Notes: generated from the letters alone by a model not told the origin. A stretch of 64,000 nucleotides of DNA from Nitrospirota bacterium (GCA_963845245.1 CAWJRJ010000018.1:32001-96000), one strand, 5' to 3'; numbered from the stretch's first letter, positions 9,724-21,391 are shown. Program-made: numbers and translations.

Positions 9724-10570
9724 GCCCCAGCCCCAGGTCCGCAACCACCGCAGCTAGCACAGCGATTATGTAGAATATGGATGCGCCGAAGGCCCGACCG
9801 TACGCACTCTTCTTTACAAGCTGAATGTAATAGAGCGCCAGCAGGGAAATCCCGAGTGAAACCGAAACTACCGCGAAATATACCGAGCAGTAACCAAGGA
9901 GGAAGAGGGATAGCGATAAGGGCAGAAGGGCTGTGGCGTATATGAATATGAAGGTCTTGGTGTATGGCTCGCCCAGCGCTACAGGCATGACGGGTATACC
10001 GGCCGCCGCATACTGCCCGCGGTATTTCAGCGCGAGGGCCAGGAAATGCGGAGGCTGCCAGAGAAGCATCACGAAAAAAAGTATGAACCCGTCCAGCCCT
10101 ATATGCGGTGATACGGCGGAGTAGCCGATGAGCACGGGGAGTGCGCCGGGGATGCCGCCGGTTACTGTGCCATATGGGGATGATTTCTTCAGGTACAACG
10201 TGTAGATAAATACATAGCTCAATACTGCTGCAACTATCAGGATGGCAGTGGCCTTGTTTAAAATAAAATAAGATGCGATAACGGAAGAAACTATAAGTAT
10301 TGCTGCAAGATAGGCCGCCCGTCTCACGCCGATACAAGCAAGTGCCTCAGTCCTTTTGGACACTCTGGGCATGAGGGCGTCAGTATTATATTCAAAGACG
10401 ACGTTTAGGATCGCCGAGCCTGCGGCGGCCAGGACGATGCATATTGTGCATACAAGAAGCGTCCAGCGGTCAGGCAGACCTCTGGCGGCCAGGGCCATGC
10501 CGGCCAACCCGGAAAGTGCGACCCCGCCTGCTATGCCGGGTTTTGTGATTGTCAGGAGTCCGGACCTCAT
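9716..10570 (-). CDS. ctaB: Protoheme IX farnesyltransferase (heme o synthase)
   Basis: ITKPGI, YTLYLKK, GGIPGALPVLIG, LWQPPHFLALA motifs; in the cox operon. Confidence 0.92.
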   Translation of the reverse strand: MRSGLLTITKPGIAGGVALSGLAGMALAARGLPDRWTLLVCTICIVLAAAGSAILNVVFEYNTDALMPRVSKRTEALACIGVRRAAYLAAILIVSSVIASYFILNKATAILIVAAVLSYVFIYTLYLKKSSPYGTVTGGIPGALPVLIGYSAVSPHIGLDGFILFFVMLLWQPPHFLALALKYRGQYAAAGIPVMPVALGEPYTKTFIFIYATALLPLSLSLFLLGYCSVYFAVVSVSLGISLLALYYIQLVKKSAYGRAFGASIFYIIAVLAAVVADLGLGLN

Positions 10571-11430
10571 TATGAAACTGCCCCTTCTGCTTTGACCTCT
10601 CCAGCCCACATGTTCCCTATCACATAAAGCATCGCCAGTGCGACCGCCAGGTGAAGCGCTGTGGTCATGTAATAAAGCCCCGTCAAGACAACAAGCGCGC
10701 CCACCGAAATCTGGCTGGCGACGAGCAGGAAGAGATAAAAGATTGCGCGCCTGTTCGCCTTTAACCGCTCATCCAGCATGGATGCCGTATAAAGCACCGC
10801 CACTGTAAGCGCTATGAGGTAGGCGAGCGCCCTGTGCGAGAAATGTGCCAGGACATGCGTGTCGAGGTTCGGCGGTATGACCCTGCCAAGGCAGGTGGGG
10901 AAGTCCGGGCAGGCGAGCCCGGAGCCCGAATGCCGCACGTAAGACCCGAGCGCCGCCTGGAAGAAGACGACCGCGCCGAACGCAAGGAAAAGCCCCGCGT
11001 TACCCTTTAGCGGATGGCCGGCCGGACTCGTTTTCCCGTCGAACTCCGCCATCAGGTATACGAGCATGAACACGGAGAGCCCGACCATGAAATGTATGGT
11101 TGTCAGCTGTACCGGCAGCTCGAAAAGCACGACAAAACCGCCCAGAAGGATCGCTGCGGCTACAAGCGCTACAGCCATGAGCGGGATGGCCTTCATCTTG
11201 CCTTTGTAAGCCCTGAACCGTACGTGCGTGAGTATCAGCAGGAGCACGGTGGAAACGGCGGCTATCACCCTGTGCCCGAACTCCATGTAGATGTCCCACC
11301 TGTATGGCGGGAGCACCCTGCCGTGGCAGAGCGGCCAGTCAGGACACCCAAGCCCCGCCTTCATTCCGGCCACAAGGTTGCCCCATACAAGGAGCAGGAA
11401 AAAGAAGCCAAGGGTCAGCCTACCAAGCAT
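10570..11430 (-). CDS. ctaA: Heme A synthase (COX15/CtaA)
   Basis: GLGCPDWPLC, EFGHR, GLACPDFPTC, HFSHR motifs. Confidence 0.9.
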   Translation of the reverse strand: MLGRLTLGFFFLLLVWGNLVAGMKAGLGCPDWPLCHGRVLPPYRWDIYMEFGHRVIAAVSTVLLLILTHVRFRAYKGKMKAIPLMAVALVAAAILLGGFVVLFELPVQLTTIHFMVGLSVFMLVYLMAEFDGKTSPAGHPLKGNAGLFLAFGAVVFFQAALGSYVRHSGSGLACPDFPTCLGRVIPPNLDTHVLAHFSHRALAYLIALTVAVLYTASMLDERLKANRRAIFYLFLLVASQISVGALVVLTGLYYMTTALHLAVALAMLYVIGNMWAGEVKAEGAVS

Positions 11431-11440
11431 GTTTCCTCCT

Positions 11441-11704
11441 TCAACGGAAAAGGGTGTCGGTCAGAGTACCGGCGATTATAAGGGCCAGAAAAGCCAACGG
11501 GAAAAGTGCGAACGCCCACACGAGCTCCTTTTCATACCGCAGGTGCATGAAGTATAGGGCGACGAGCGAGGCCTTCGCGGACGCGATAAGGAGCGCCACC
11601 ACGGCATTGAATACGCCCAGATGCAGGAAGGATACAGACACCGTGGCCGCCGTGAGCACAAGCAGTGTGAGCCAGACTATAATGTACGTCCTGTATGCCC
11701 GCAT
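11441..11704 (-). CDS. coxD: Cytochrome c oxidase subunit IV (caa3 type)
   Basis: KASLVALYFMHL motif, three TM segments, operon position. Confidence 0.9.
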   Translation of the reverse strand: MRAYRTYIIVWLTLLVLTAATVSVSFLHLGVFNAVVALLIASAKASLVALYFMHLRYEKELVWAFALFPLAFLALIIAGTLTDTLFR

Positions 11705-11714
11705 AGAAGACTCC

Positions 11715-12317
11715 TCAGCCTATAAGGTAAAGCAACGGGAACAGATAAATCCATACCAGGTCGACGAAATGCCAGTAGATGCCGGTTATCTCGACCGGGG
11801 TCGAATACTCCTCGGAGAATGCGCCCCGGTTCGCCATTATCAGCATGATGGTCAGCGCGGTCATGCCGGCGATGACATGTATCGCATGAAGCCCTGTCAT
11901 CATGTAGTAGAGCGAGAAGAACAGGTTCGTGGAAGGGAGGTCGCCCTGCCCTATATGCTCGGAGTATTCCAGGTACTTGATGAACAAAAATAAAGCCGCC
12001 AGTACGAGGGTTATGACAAGACAGAGCTTCAGTACTGCCTGTTTGCCCGCCTTTATGGCCGCTATGCCTATAGCGACGCTCAGGCTGCTGCATATCAGTA
12101 CGACGGTATTCACCGTGCCGAACGTGCGGTTCAAGTGCAGGTGCTGCTGATAGAACAGGTCAGGATACCTTACCCGGTAGACAGTATATGTGGTGAACAG
12201 GCCGCCGAACAATAGGAGTTCCGTTGCCAGGAAGGCCCATATCCCAAGCTTCGCCTTATCGATAGCCGCGGTCGTGCTTTCCGCAACCTCGTTATTTTCC
12301 GTTGGCATGTCAGCCAT
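11715..12317 (-). CDS. coxC: Cytochrome c oxidase subunit III
   Basis: [30 protein letters not shown]. Confidence 0.93.
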   Translation of the reverse strand: MADMPTENNEVAESTTAAIDKAKLGIWAFLATELLLFGGLFTTYTVYRVRYPDLFYQQHLHLNRTFGTVNTVVLICSSLSVAIGIAAIKAGKQAVLKLCLVITLVLAALFLFIKYLEYSEHIGQGDLPSTNLFFSLYYMMTGLHAIHVIAGMTALTIMLIMANRGAFSEEYSTPVEITGIYWHFVDLVWIYLFPLLYLIG

Positions 12318-13921
12318 TCTCGTCCTTCCGTTTCCCGTAGCTGTACGGCCAGTCCGTCACCACCGGTATCTCTTTGAAGTTGTCCGTGGGAGGCGGAGAG
12401 GGCGTTGTCCACTCAAGCGTCAGCCCGCGCCACGGGTTGGCCGGGGCCATCTCGCCCTTATAGATGCACCTGATGAAGTTATAGAACATAATCAGGATGC
12501 CGGCCGCGAGGATCCATGAACCTACGGTGGAGATTATGTGCTGCGACTGGAATTTTTCAGGGTATGTCGCGTACCGCCTCGGCATCCCCCTGAAACCCAG
12601 GATGAACATGTTGAAGAAGGTGATGTTGAACCCGACGATTATGAAGGCCCAGGCACGCTTCGCCGTCTTCTCGTTCAGCATCCGCCCGGTCATCTTGGGA
12701 AACCAGTAATGCAGCCCTGCAAAAAGCCCCATCACCGTCCCTCCCATTATCGTGTAGTGGAAGTGCGCTACGAGGAAATAGGTCTCGTGCAGGTGCACGT
12801 CCGTGGCAAGCGAGCCCAGGAACGGCCCGGTAAGCCCGCCTATTATAAAAAGGAAAATGAAGGTGAGTGCGTATATCATCGGGGAATCGAGGTTTATCGA
12901 GCCCCTGTACATGGTGGCTATCCAGTTGAACACCTTTATGCCGGTGGGTATGGCGACCGAGAAGGTGAGGAACGAGAATATTATCGTGGCAATGCTCGAC
13001 ATCCCGGCGACAAACATGTGGTGGCCCCATACGAGGAACCCGGCCCCGGCGATTGCAAGGGACGAGTATGCGATGGCCTTGTATCCGAATATCGGTTTTC
13101 GGGTGAATACCGGTATTATCTCGCTTATTATGCCCATCGCGGGGAGTATCATCACGTAGACCACCGGATGCGAATAGAACCAGAAGAAATGCTGGAATAG
13201 CAGCGGGTCTCCCCCCTTGGCCGGGTCAAAGAACCCGAAACCCAGCAGGCGCTCGGACAGTAACATCAGGAACGTCACACCCACCACCGGTGTCGCAAGC
13301 ACGTTTATGATGCTGGTGGCATATATCCCCCAGATAAAAAGCGGCAGCCTGTGCCAGGTCATGCCCGGTGCACGAAGCTTGTGGATCGTCACGATGAAAT
13401 TAAGGCCGGTGAGTATCGACGACATGCCGATAAGGAAAATGCCTAAGGCGACTATGGTAACGCTCGTCGCCGTCCTTGCAGAGTATGGCGTGTAGAACGT
13501 CCAGCCGGTATCTATCGGGTGCACCATCGAGATCATGATGACAAACACGCCCATAACGATAGATCCAGAAGCTGGCAATATTCAGGCGCGGGAAGGCAAC
13601 GTCCCGGGCCCCTATCAGTAGCGGGATTATGAAGTTCCCGAGCGCCGACGGTATGACCGGGATGACGAAAATAAAGATCATGATAACGCCGTGGAGCGTG
13701 AACAGTTCGTTGTAGGTCTGGTTCGATACGAGCCAGTTGCTCGGTTCAAGGAGCTCAAGGCGCACAAGCAGACCCAGCACGCCGCCCACCAGGAAGAAGA
13801 ACAGGATCGTAAGAAGGTACATCACCCCGATCCGCTTATGGTCAAGCGTATATGCCCAGGACCGGAAGCCGGTGGTCTCGTTCAGGTAGTTTTTTTCTAT
13901 GGAAGTCTGTTGTCCGTTCAT
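12310..13921 (-). CDS. coxA: Cytochrome c oxidase subunit I, type A2 (apparent +1 frameshift near 13559)
   Basis: [17 protein letters not shown] in the 5' [31 protein letters not shown] in the 3' ORF. Confidence 0.92.
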
Positions 13922-15211
13922 CTATTTCAGGCTCTTTATGTATAAAATAATCGACTGCAGCTCTTCCTCGTTCACCGTCCCCTCGTAAGAGGGCATCACG
14001 GGGCCGAACCCCTTTACCACCTTTGCGCCCGGCTCGTATATGGACTCTCTTATGTACGCATCGTCCGCGGTCACGGTCTTTCCGTCGGAAAGTGTCACCA
14101 CACTACCGTACAGGCCCTTGAACGTCGGGCCAACCTTTATGCTTCCGTCTATGGAATGGCAGCCGATGCAGCCCTTGCCCTCGAACGCGGCCTTCCCCTT
14201 CTGGACGGTCGGCTGGATGGCCTGTTTTGCTGGTGCGGCAGCCGTCGATGGTGCCCCGCCCCTGGTGCTCAGTGTCTGCAGATATGCGATTATCGCCGTG
14301 ATGTCGTCGTCCTTCAGGATGCCCTTGAATGTGGGCATCAGGTTCCTGAACCCAGCCACTATCTTCGCGCCAGGGTCGAGTATAGATTCGTGTATGTAAT
14401 CCGCGTCGGCCGTCACAGTCTTTCCGTCGGCGAGCCTGACAGTGCTTCCGAAGAGGTCCTTGAAGCTGGGTCCCACCTTTATCGTCCCGTCGGTGGAATG
14501 GCAGGCGAGGCAACCGGACTGCTCGACCAGGTTCTTGCCCTTCTGGGCCAGTGGCATCGATTTTTCCGCTTCTTCAACCTGCTTTGCCGCCCATTCCTGG
14601 TACTCGTGCGGCTCCATCACGTAAAGAGTAGCCCGCATCTGTGAATGGCCTACCCCGCAGTACTGCGTGCAATAAATCGTATAAGTTCCGACCCGCTCCG
14701 GTTTCAGCCACAAGTAGGTATAACGTCCGGGCAGTATATCCATCTTTTCGCGCAGTTCCGGCACGAAGAAGGCGTGTATAACGTCCTCGGAGGTCATGGT
14801 GAGCTTTACCGCCTGACCGGCAGGTATACGCAGGTCGTTTACCGTCTCCCTGCCGTCGGGGTACGTGAACTTGAACAGCCACTGGCGCGCCGTAACATGT
14901 ATCTCTTCGGCGTCCGGCATCGGTGTGCGCATATCGTCCCAAACCTTGTATCCGTAAATGAAGATGGACATGACAAGGATGGTGGGTATCGCCACCCATA
15001 CGCCTTCAAGGACCTTGTTGCCCGTTATATACGGCGTCTCGGAATCTTCCTCACCTTTTTTCCTCCTGTACCTGAAGGCGAAGTAGATGAGGGCGCCCTG
15101 GGTTACTATGAAGAAAAAAAGCGCGATCCCGGTTATGAATATATAGACCGAGTCCACCTCGGAGGCTATCTTGGATGCCGCGCCCAATGGACCGTAAGTA
15201 TCAGGCATCAT
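13922..15211 (-). CDS. coxB: Cytochrome c oxidase subunit II with two fused cytochrome c domains
   Basis: DVIH, CuA motif CTQYCGVGHSQM, CLACH and CIGCH heme motifs in duplicated C-terminal domains. Confidence 0.93.
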   Translation of the reverse strand: MMPDTYGPLGAASKIASEVDSVYIFITGIALFFFIVTQGALIYFAFRYRRKKGEEDSETPYITGNKVLEGVWVAIPTILVMSIFIYGYKVWDDMRTPMPDAEEIHVTARQWLFKFTYPDGRETVNDLRIPAGQAVKLTMTSEDVIHAFFVPELREKMDILPGRYTYLWLKPERVGTYTIYCTQYCGVGHSQMRATLYVMEPHEYQEWAAKQVEEAEKSMPLAQKGKNLVEQSGCLACHSTDGTIKVGPSFKDLFGSTVRLADGKTVTADADYIHESILDPGAKIVAGFRNLMPTFKGILKDDDITAIIAYLQTLSTRGGAPSTAAAPAKQAIQPTVQKGKAAFEGKGCIGCHSIDGSIKVGPTFKGLYGSVVTLSDGKTVTADDAYIRESIYEPGAKVVKGFGPVMPSYEGTVNEEELQSIILYIKSLK

Positions 15212-16068
15212 GCCTTGCCCCTCTCCTGCTTCCTGAGCGCTATTATCAACACTACAAGCATGACCAGCACCACTGCCCCAACGCCCTTCATGATGTTTAT
15301 CGCGGTTATGGCGTATTTTTTCCCGACCGGGTCGTAGTGGTAGCAGTACAGGATTATTTTGTTGAGCGCGGTCGAGGCGCCTATCTTGCCGTCGGATGCC
15401 TCCAGCAGGGCAAGCCGCAGGTCGTTAGGTTCCTGCTTTATCCCGTACAGGTACCTTGACACCTTCCCGTCGGGGGTCAGGATGATCAAAGCCGAGGGGT
15501 GCGCGAAGTTGGTCTCATCGAGCCTTTTATAACGGAAACCGACCGTACCGGCCAGAGCCTCTATCTCTTTTTCGCCCCCATACAGGAAAGGCCACCAGCC
15601 GGACGGGTTATTGAAGCCCTTGAGCATGGCGTAGGTCTCAGTTGCTTTTTCAGAGGCATCCTTTGCGGTCTCGTCCGGGTTGATGCTGACGGTCAGGATG
15701 CTGAAGTCCTTTCCGGGCTTGAGCCCCTTCATGTCCTCTAGCGTCTTCGCAAGGTTTGCAAATGTGATGGGGCACAGCATCGGGCATTCGTAGTAGTTGA
15801 GCGTGAGGATTACAGGCTTGCCATTGAAGTAGTCCCGCAGCCTGACAGTTCTGCCGCTCTGGTCGGTAAACTTCAGGTCGAGTGGTACGACCGCGCCCGG
15901 CTTTTCGTCCACCCGTATCTCCTTCATGAAGGCGTCCTGTTCGGCCTGGGTCGTGAAGCTGATGGCCAGGGCGTTTGCCGGAAGACATATAAATATTGCC
16001 GCGTAAACTATTGCCACGGCAGTTATTACATGACTTCCGATGTATTTCAATGGGTTAATGGCTCGCAT
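15208..16068 (-). CDS. SCO1/SenC copper chaperone
   Basis: YYECPMLC and FAHP motifs; first gene of the cox operon. Confidence 0.9.
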   Translation of the reverse strand: MRAINPLKYIGSHVITAVAIVYAAIFICLPANALAISFTTQAEQDAFMKEIRVDEKPGAVVPLDLKFTDQSGRTVRLRDYFNGKPVILTLNYYECPMLCPITFANLAKTLEDMKGLKPGKDFSILTVSINPDETAKDASEKATETYAMLKGFNNPSGWWPFLYGGEKEIEALAGTVGFRYKRLDETNFAHPSALIILTPDGKVSRYLYGIKQEPNDLRLALLEASDGKIGASTALNKIILYCYHYDPVGKKYAITAINIMKGVGAVVLVMLVVLIIALRKQERGKA

Positions 16069-16152
16069 ATCGCTAAATTATAACATATAAGTTTATAGTC
16101 TGAAGGAGATTTATTAAAAACTGGGTCCAGGCCACCGTCCGATATTGAGCCG

Positions 16153-16181
16153 TTGACTCGTAAACCTAAAAGACATATAAT
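16153..16181 (+). promoter_or_regulatory. sigma-70 promoter (probable leaderless start of the DUF58 gene)
   Basis: TTGACT-17-TATAAT, ATG 6 nt downstream, no SD. Confidence 0.7.
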
Positions 16182-16187
16182 TTTCGG

Positions 16188-17082
16188 ATGCTTCCAAAAG
16201 AGATTCTAAAGAAGATAAAACGCCTTGAGATAAAGACCTCGAGGCTCGTTGAAGGCCAGCTTGCCGGGAGCTACCTCTCGACGTTCCGGGGCCGGGGCAT
16301 CGAGTTCTCCGAGGTGCGCGAGTACCTGGAAGGCGACGACGTGCGGAGCATAGACTGGAACGTCACCGCCCGGATGAACGCGCCGTTCGTCAAGACGTTC
16401 ATGGAGGAGCGCGACCTCACCGTCATGCTCGCGGTCGATTTTTCCGGCTCGATGGAGTTCGGGACGCTCGCGCAGACGAAGAGGGAGCTTGCGATAGACT
16501 TCTGCGCCGCCGCCGCACTGCTTGCCGCAGGCAACAACGACCGGGTAGGGCTCATCGCGTACGCCGAGGGCATCGAGCTTTTCATACCGCCCAGGAAGGG
16601 CCGCCGGCATGTGCTTAAGCTTCTGGCGGAGCTGTCGGCCCTCAAGCCACGTGGGACGCGGCAGCGGTCATGCTGTCGCGGCAAGCATGCTCATGAGGGT
16701 GCTGAAGACCCGCGCCACGCTGTTCTGGGTGTCTGACTACATGGGTGCCAATGGGGCAAATGGGGGCGCGAAGGGGTTGAAGGCGCTTTCCAGACGCCAC
16801 GAACTTGTGCCGGTGCTGCTAAAGGACGGGCGCGAGACCGTGATGCCGCCCGTGGGCCTTGTTGAGCTTTCAGACCCCGAGACCGGCGACAAGACGCTGG
16901 TGGACACCTCGTCAAAGGAGTTCATGGCCGCATTCGCTGCGTGGATAACGGAGACAGACACATCGCGCGAAGCCCTGTTTAAGTCCCTGAGGGCGGAGCA
17001 CATAGAGATTACAACCGGAGGCTCCCCTGTAACCCCGCTTACCCGCTATTTCCGCCGCAAGGCGAGGCTCGGGAGGCATTAG
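16188..17082 (+). CDS. DUF58 (MoxR-associated vWA-like) protein, frameshifted near 16650-16680
   Basis: G.EFSEVREY..GDDVRSIDWNVTAR; C-terminal half continues in another frame. Confidence 0.85.
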
Positions 17083-17086
17083 TACC

Positions 17087-18071
17087 ATGGAGTTCCTGCA
17101 CCCCGCGCTTTTGTGGTCATGCCTTGCAGTACCGGTCCTCCTTTACTTCAGGCTTACAAAAAAGAAAAAGGCCGTCCCGTTACCCAGGACTGTCCTCATT
17201 CATAAAACTCCCGAAGGCGCGCTTCTCGTCCCTTCCCGTCTCGCTCCTTGCCGTGGCATGCCTTCTCTTTATCATCTCCGCATCCGGCCCGCGCGTCTCC
17301 ATAGGCGAGGAGGAGAAGAAGATCCTGGGCGTGGATGTCGCGCTCGCGATAGATGTGTCCGGGAGCATGCGCGCCGAGGACTTCAAGCCGAACCGTATGG
17401 AGGCCGCAAAGCAGCGCATCAAGGAGTTCGTCAAGGAGTTCAAGCAGGGCCGCATGGCGCTTGTCGCCTTTGCGGGGAGGTCATTCACGCAGTGCCCGCT
17501 CACTACTGACGGCGGCATACTCGACGGCCTTCTCGACCAGCTCGAGGTCGGCTCGGTCGCGATAGACGGCACAGCAATAGGGGATGCGATAATAAACTGC
17601 ATGAACAAGTTCAAGGAAAGCGCGGTCAGCCGGGTGATAATCCTGCTCACGGACGGGGAGAACAACGCGGGCACGGTGGACCCGATAAGCGCGGCGCGCG
17701 CGGCGAAGGACAAGGGCATAAAGATATATACCATAGGCGTCGGCACGCCGGAAGGCGCACGCGTCCCGGTACTTAATGCCGCAGGCGAGAAGTTCTACTT
17801 GAAAGACGAGGCGGGCAACTATGTGCTTGCGAAGGTGGACGAGGCAACGCTCAAGCAGATTGCGGACATAACAGGCGGTACATACTTCAGGGCGAAGGAC
17901 GAGAACGCGCTGAAGGACGTATACACGAAGATCGCTGCGATGGAGAAAAAAGAGATAACGGTGAAGCATATCAAGGGATACAGGGAGCTGTTCCCGTGGT
18001 TCGCGGGCGCGGGCCTGCTGGTGCTCCTTCTGGCGGTGTTCGCCTCGGCAAGGTACAGGGTGCTCGAATGA
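17087..18071 (+). CDS. BatA-like VWA membrane protein (frameshift in the A-run near 17160)
   Basis: N-terminal MEFLHP TM motif, DVSGSM MIDAS, GTAIGDA, LLTDGENN. Confidence 0.85.
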
Positions 18072-19048
18072 GTCTGGGATACCCGTTGTTCCTGCTCCTT
18101 CTGGCTGTCGTCCCCGCGCTGGCGCTTGTCTACCGCTGGCTGACAATGCGGGACGAGAAGGCCCGTGCCGCGTTCGCGGATGCGGGCATGTCCGCAAGGC
18201 TGGGCTTGGGGAACAAAGGCTGGAGGAAGAAGGTCGCTCCGGTGCTTATTATGCTGGCAGCCGCTCTCGCGGCGATCGCCATCGCGCGCCCGCTCGGCCC
18301 GCCGTCCGGCGACGAGGAGAGGACGGCTGCGATGGACGTTATCGTGGCGCTCGACATCTCGGACAGCATGGGCGTGGCCGACGTGAAACCAAACCGTCTT
18401 ACCGAGGCAAAAGAGTTTGTAAAGAAGCTGGTGCTGGCTGCGCCGAACAACCGCTACGGGCTGGTGTTGTTTTCCGGCGACGCCATAATCACCTGCCCGC
18501 CCACGCTCGACCACGACGCCTTCCTGACATTCGTGGACGACGCCGACTTCCCACGGGCGAACCTGCCCGGCACGGCGATAGGCGAGGCCATACTCACCGC
18601 CGCGACGACGGTTCAAGAAGGACGAGCTTCCGCGCGTGGTGCTGGTTGTGACGGACGGGGAGAACACATATGGCGCGGACCCTGTAAAGGCGGCGGAGAC
18701 CGCGAAGCAGGCCGGGCTGAAGGTCTATGCCGCCGGGGTAGGCACGGCAGAGGGCGGCAGGATACCGGGCTCGTATCGATTTCTACGGGAATATACAGTA
18801 CAAGAAGGACAAGCAAGGCAACATCGTGGTATCCAAACTTGACGAGGACGCCCTGAACAAGATCACTGAGGCGGGCGGCGGCAGGTACTTCGCGGCCTCG
18901 GACGGCTCGTCCGTAAGGGCGCTCGCGAAAGAGCTTACCTCGAAGTCCAAAAAGGCGATAAAGGACCCGTTCCAGGGGGCCAAGGAGTACGGGCCGTGGT
19001 TCGCGCTTGCGGCGGCTGTGCTTGTGGCAATGGCGATAATTAATTTGA
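18068..19048 (+). CDS. BatB-like VWA membrane protein (several frameshifts near 18610-18800)
   Basis: DISDSM, PNRL, GTAIGEA, VVTDGE, SKLDE..L..I...GGGRYF found in successive frames. Confidence 0.75.
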
Positions 19049-19829
19049 ATGAATACAAAAACATTAATCGCAATATTATTGATGGTGCCTTTCCTCCTCG
19101 GCGCGACGCCTTTCGCGAGCCCCACCGAGAGAGGTACGCAGGCCTATACCGCCGGGAAGTTCGACGACGCGCTGGAGAACTACCAGAAGGCGGCGGAAGA
19201 CAACCCGGACAAGGCGGAGGCGCACTACAACCTCGGCGGCGCGTACTACAAGAAGGGCGAGTACGACCGCGCGCTCAAGGAGTACGACGAGGCGGTGAAG
19301 CTCGACCCGAAGATGTCGGACGCGTATTACAACTCCGGCGACGCGCTCTACCGCATGGGCATGTACGACAAGGCGCTGGACGCATACAAGAAGGCGGACG
19401 GCCTCAAGAAGGGTGACGCCGACACGCAGCACAATATAAATGTGGTAATGATGAAGGTCAAGCAGGAGAAGGAGAAACAGAAGCAGCAGCAGAACCAGCC
19501 CCAGGGCAAGCAGAAACAGGGCCAGGGCAAGGACGACAAAGGCAAGGGCAGCGGCAAGGACAAGGAGAACGGCGGACAGGGGAGTGCCGGGCAGGGACAG
19601 CAGGGCGGCCAGGACAAAGGGCCGTCCGATGTCCAACGAGGAGATCCAGGCGATGATGGAGCGGCAGAAGAAGGAGGAAAAACAGCTTCGGAACTACTTC
19701 CGCCCCGGCCAGAAGGAGCAGAAGGACGACCGCGAGGCCCAGATACAGCAGATCCTTCGTGCAGCGGGTATGCAGGTTCCCGCGCGCGCGGCCAGGCCCG
19801 GCGCGCCGTACATAGAGAAGGACTGGTAA
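19049..19829 (+). CDS. BatC-like TPR protein with Q/K-rich linker (frameshift near 19625)
   Basis: TPR repeats (AHYNLG.AYY, AYYNSG.ALY); C-terminal EKDW in a shifted frame. Confidence 0.8.
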
Positions 19830-19931
19830 TTTTCCGGGATTCCCTTGACTTAACGGCTAATGTTAATTAAAATAAACAGGTTAGGTGGTGATATGGCCTG
19901 TTTGTGTGTTTACATAAATAAGAGGTGAAGT

Positions 19932-20264
19932 TTGTTTGATATCGGGATGTCGGAACTGATACTTATCTTTGTAATAGCCCTCATAGTATTCGGGCCCAAG
20001 AAGCTGCCGGAGATCGGGAAGTCTCTTGGACGCGCGATGCACGAGTTCAAACGCGCCACGAACGAGTTCAAGAACAACTTCGAAAACGAGGTCGGGACCG
20101 CCAATATAAAGGAAGAGCTCCTCAAACAGCAGAAGGATATGCAGGCCACACTCACGGCGGCCACCACCCTGGAAGAGAAGCCCAAGGCGGAAGACCCTTA
20201 CGCGAATGCCGCCGAAGCGGCAAAACCCGCCACCAGACAAAGAAGAGCCAAAGACCAGCCATGA
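19932..20264 (+). CDS. Twin-arginine translocase TatA/TatB family subunit
   Basis: [27 protein letters not shown]. Confidence 0.9.
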   Translation: MFDIGMSELILIFVIALIVFGPKKLPEIGKSLGRAMHEFKRATNEFKNNFENEVGTANIKEELLKQQKDMQATLTAATTLEEKPKAEDPYANAAEAAKPATRQRRAKDQP

Positions 20265-21056
20265 GGGATAGAGAAGGCCGGATGCCTATAATGGCCCACC
20301 TTGAGGAGCTCAGAAAGCGCCTGCTCTGGTCGGCCGCCGCCCTGTTCTTAACATTTCTGTTCTGCTTCCAGTACTCCGAGTACCTGCTCAAGTGGCTCCA
20401 GATACCGCTTACGCAGACGCTTAACTTCAAGCTGACGTCGCCTTATGTCTACATGACCTACGTAAAGAACCCGGTCAAGCTTGTTTTCCTTGCCCCCGCC
20501 GAGGCATTCTGGATGTACATGAAGATAGGCTTTATCGCGGGCATCTTCCTGGCCCTGCCGTTTCTTCTTATGCAGGTCTGGCTTTTCATATCGCCGGGGC
20601 TGAAGCCCAGGGAGCGGAGGTACGCGCTGCCCTTCATCATTTCCGGAACTGGCATGTTCGTGCTCGGGGCGCTTTTCTGCCAGTACGTCATACTTCCCTT
20701 TCGCCATGCAGTTCCTGCTGACATACCAGACGTCGCAGCTCACCCCGATGATATCCGTGGGACACTATGTGGACTTCTGCTCCAAGTTCCTGCTTTCGTT
20801 CGGCCTTGTCTTTGAGCTTCCCCTTGTCATAACGCTCCTCTCGAAGCTTGGACTGGTAACGCCGCAGTTCCTTGCCCGCAACCGCAAGTATGCGGTGCTT
20901 ATAGCCTTCATAGTTGCGGCCATCCTCACCCCCACTCCGGACATGTTCAACCAGACACTTATGGCAGCGCCGATACTCGTCCTCTACGAGATCGGCATCA
21001 TAATGGCCAGGCTGGTGGGCGGCAAGAAGGAAGTCCCCGCAGCCGATGAGGCATAA
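20261..21056 (+). CDS. tatC: Twin-arginine translocase TatC (frameshift near 20700)
   Basis: [16 protein letters not shown]...[18 protein letters not shown] across two frames. Confidence 0.92.
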
Positions 21057-21115
21057 AAGACTAATGATTACAATGACCTGTTGAATTTTATTTGTAAATT
21101 CAAGGCTTTTTTCTG

Positions 21116-21144
21116 TTGACAAGCCATACCGCCTGTTTTATACT
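21116..21144 (+). promoter_or_regulatory. sigma-70 promoter upstream of the Moco/Tuco riboswitch
   Basis: TTGACA-17-TATACT. Confidence 0.8.
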
Positions 21145-21160
21145 CCGGAACAATTTAATA

Positions 21161-21265
21161 TCCTCTGAAGCCGGTACTCCCTAAAGCCTTTCGCAAAGCC
21201 ATGGGGGCCGGCCGACAGGGTCATGCCTGAAAGGACATGGTCTCCCGTTATTTTGGAAAGGAGGT
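21161..21265 (+). ncRNA. Moco RNA motif riboswitch, P3-less (tungsten-cofactor, Tuco-type) variant
   Basis: CTCTGA..CCTAAAG..ATGG..CAGGG..GAAA..TCTCCCGT.ATTTTGGAAAGGAG; upstream of tungstate transport genes. Confidence 0.85.
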
Positions 21266-21391
21266 GTGAGCGACCGCAGATACCCGTGTCTTGTCTTGCT
21301 GGAAGAGTATTCTTCTTCCTCTTCTTCGTTTATTTCGTACTATTTTAGCCATTTTCCAGTATATTTATTATCCGTAAAGGGGGATTTTGTA

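Noticed and set aside
13400..13578. Naturally split cytochrome oxidase subunit I, or stop-codon recoding
   Set aside because: The two ORFs join into a normal CoxI by removing one base; this is a frame change, not an in-frame stop
19460..19620. Gln/Lys/Gly-rich low-complexity stretch as a novel repeat element
   Set aside because: Typical disordered linker of BatC-like TPR proteins
21266..21391. 42-codon N-terminal extension of the porin from GTG 21266
   Set aside because: The GTG is too close to the riboswitch GGAGG and the extension is low-complexity; ATG 21392 has its own SD and starts a clean signal peptide
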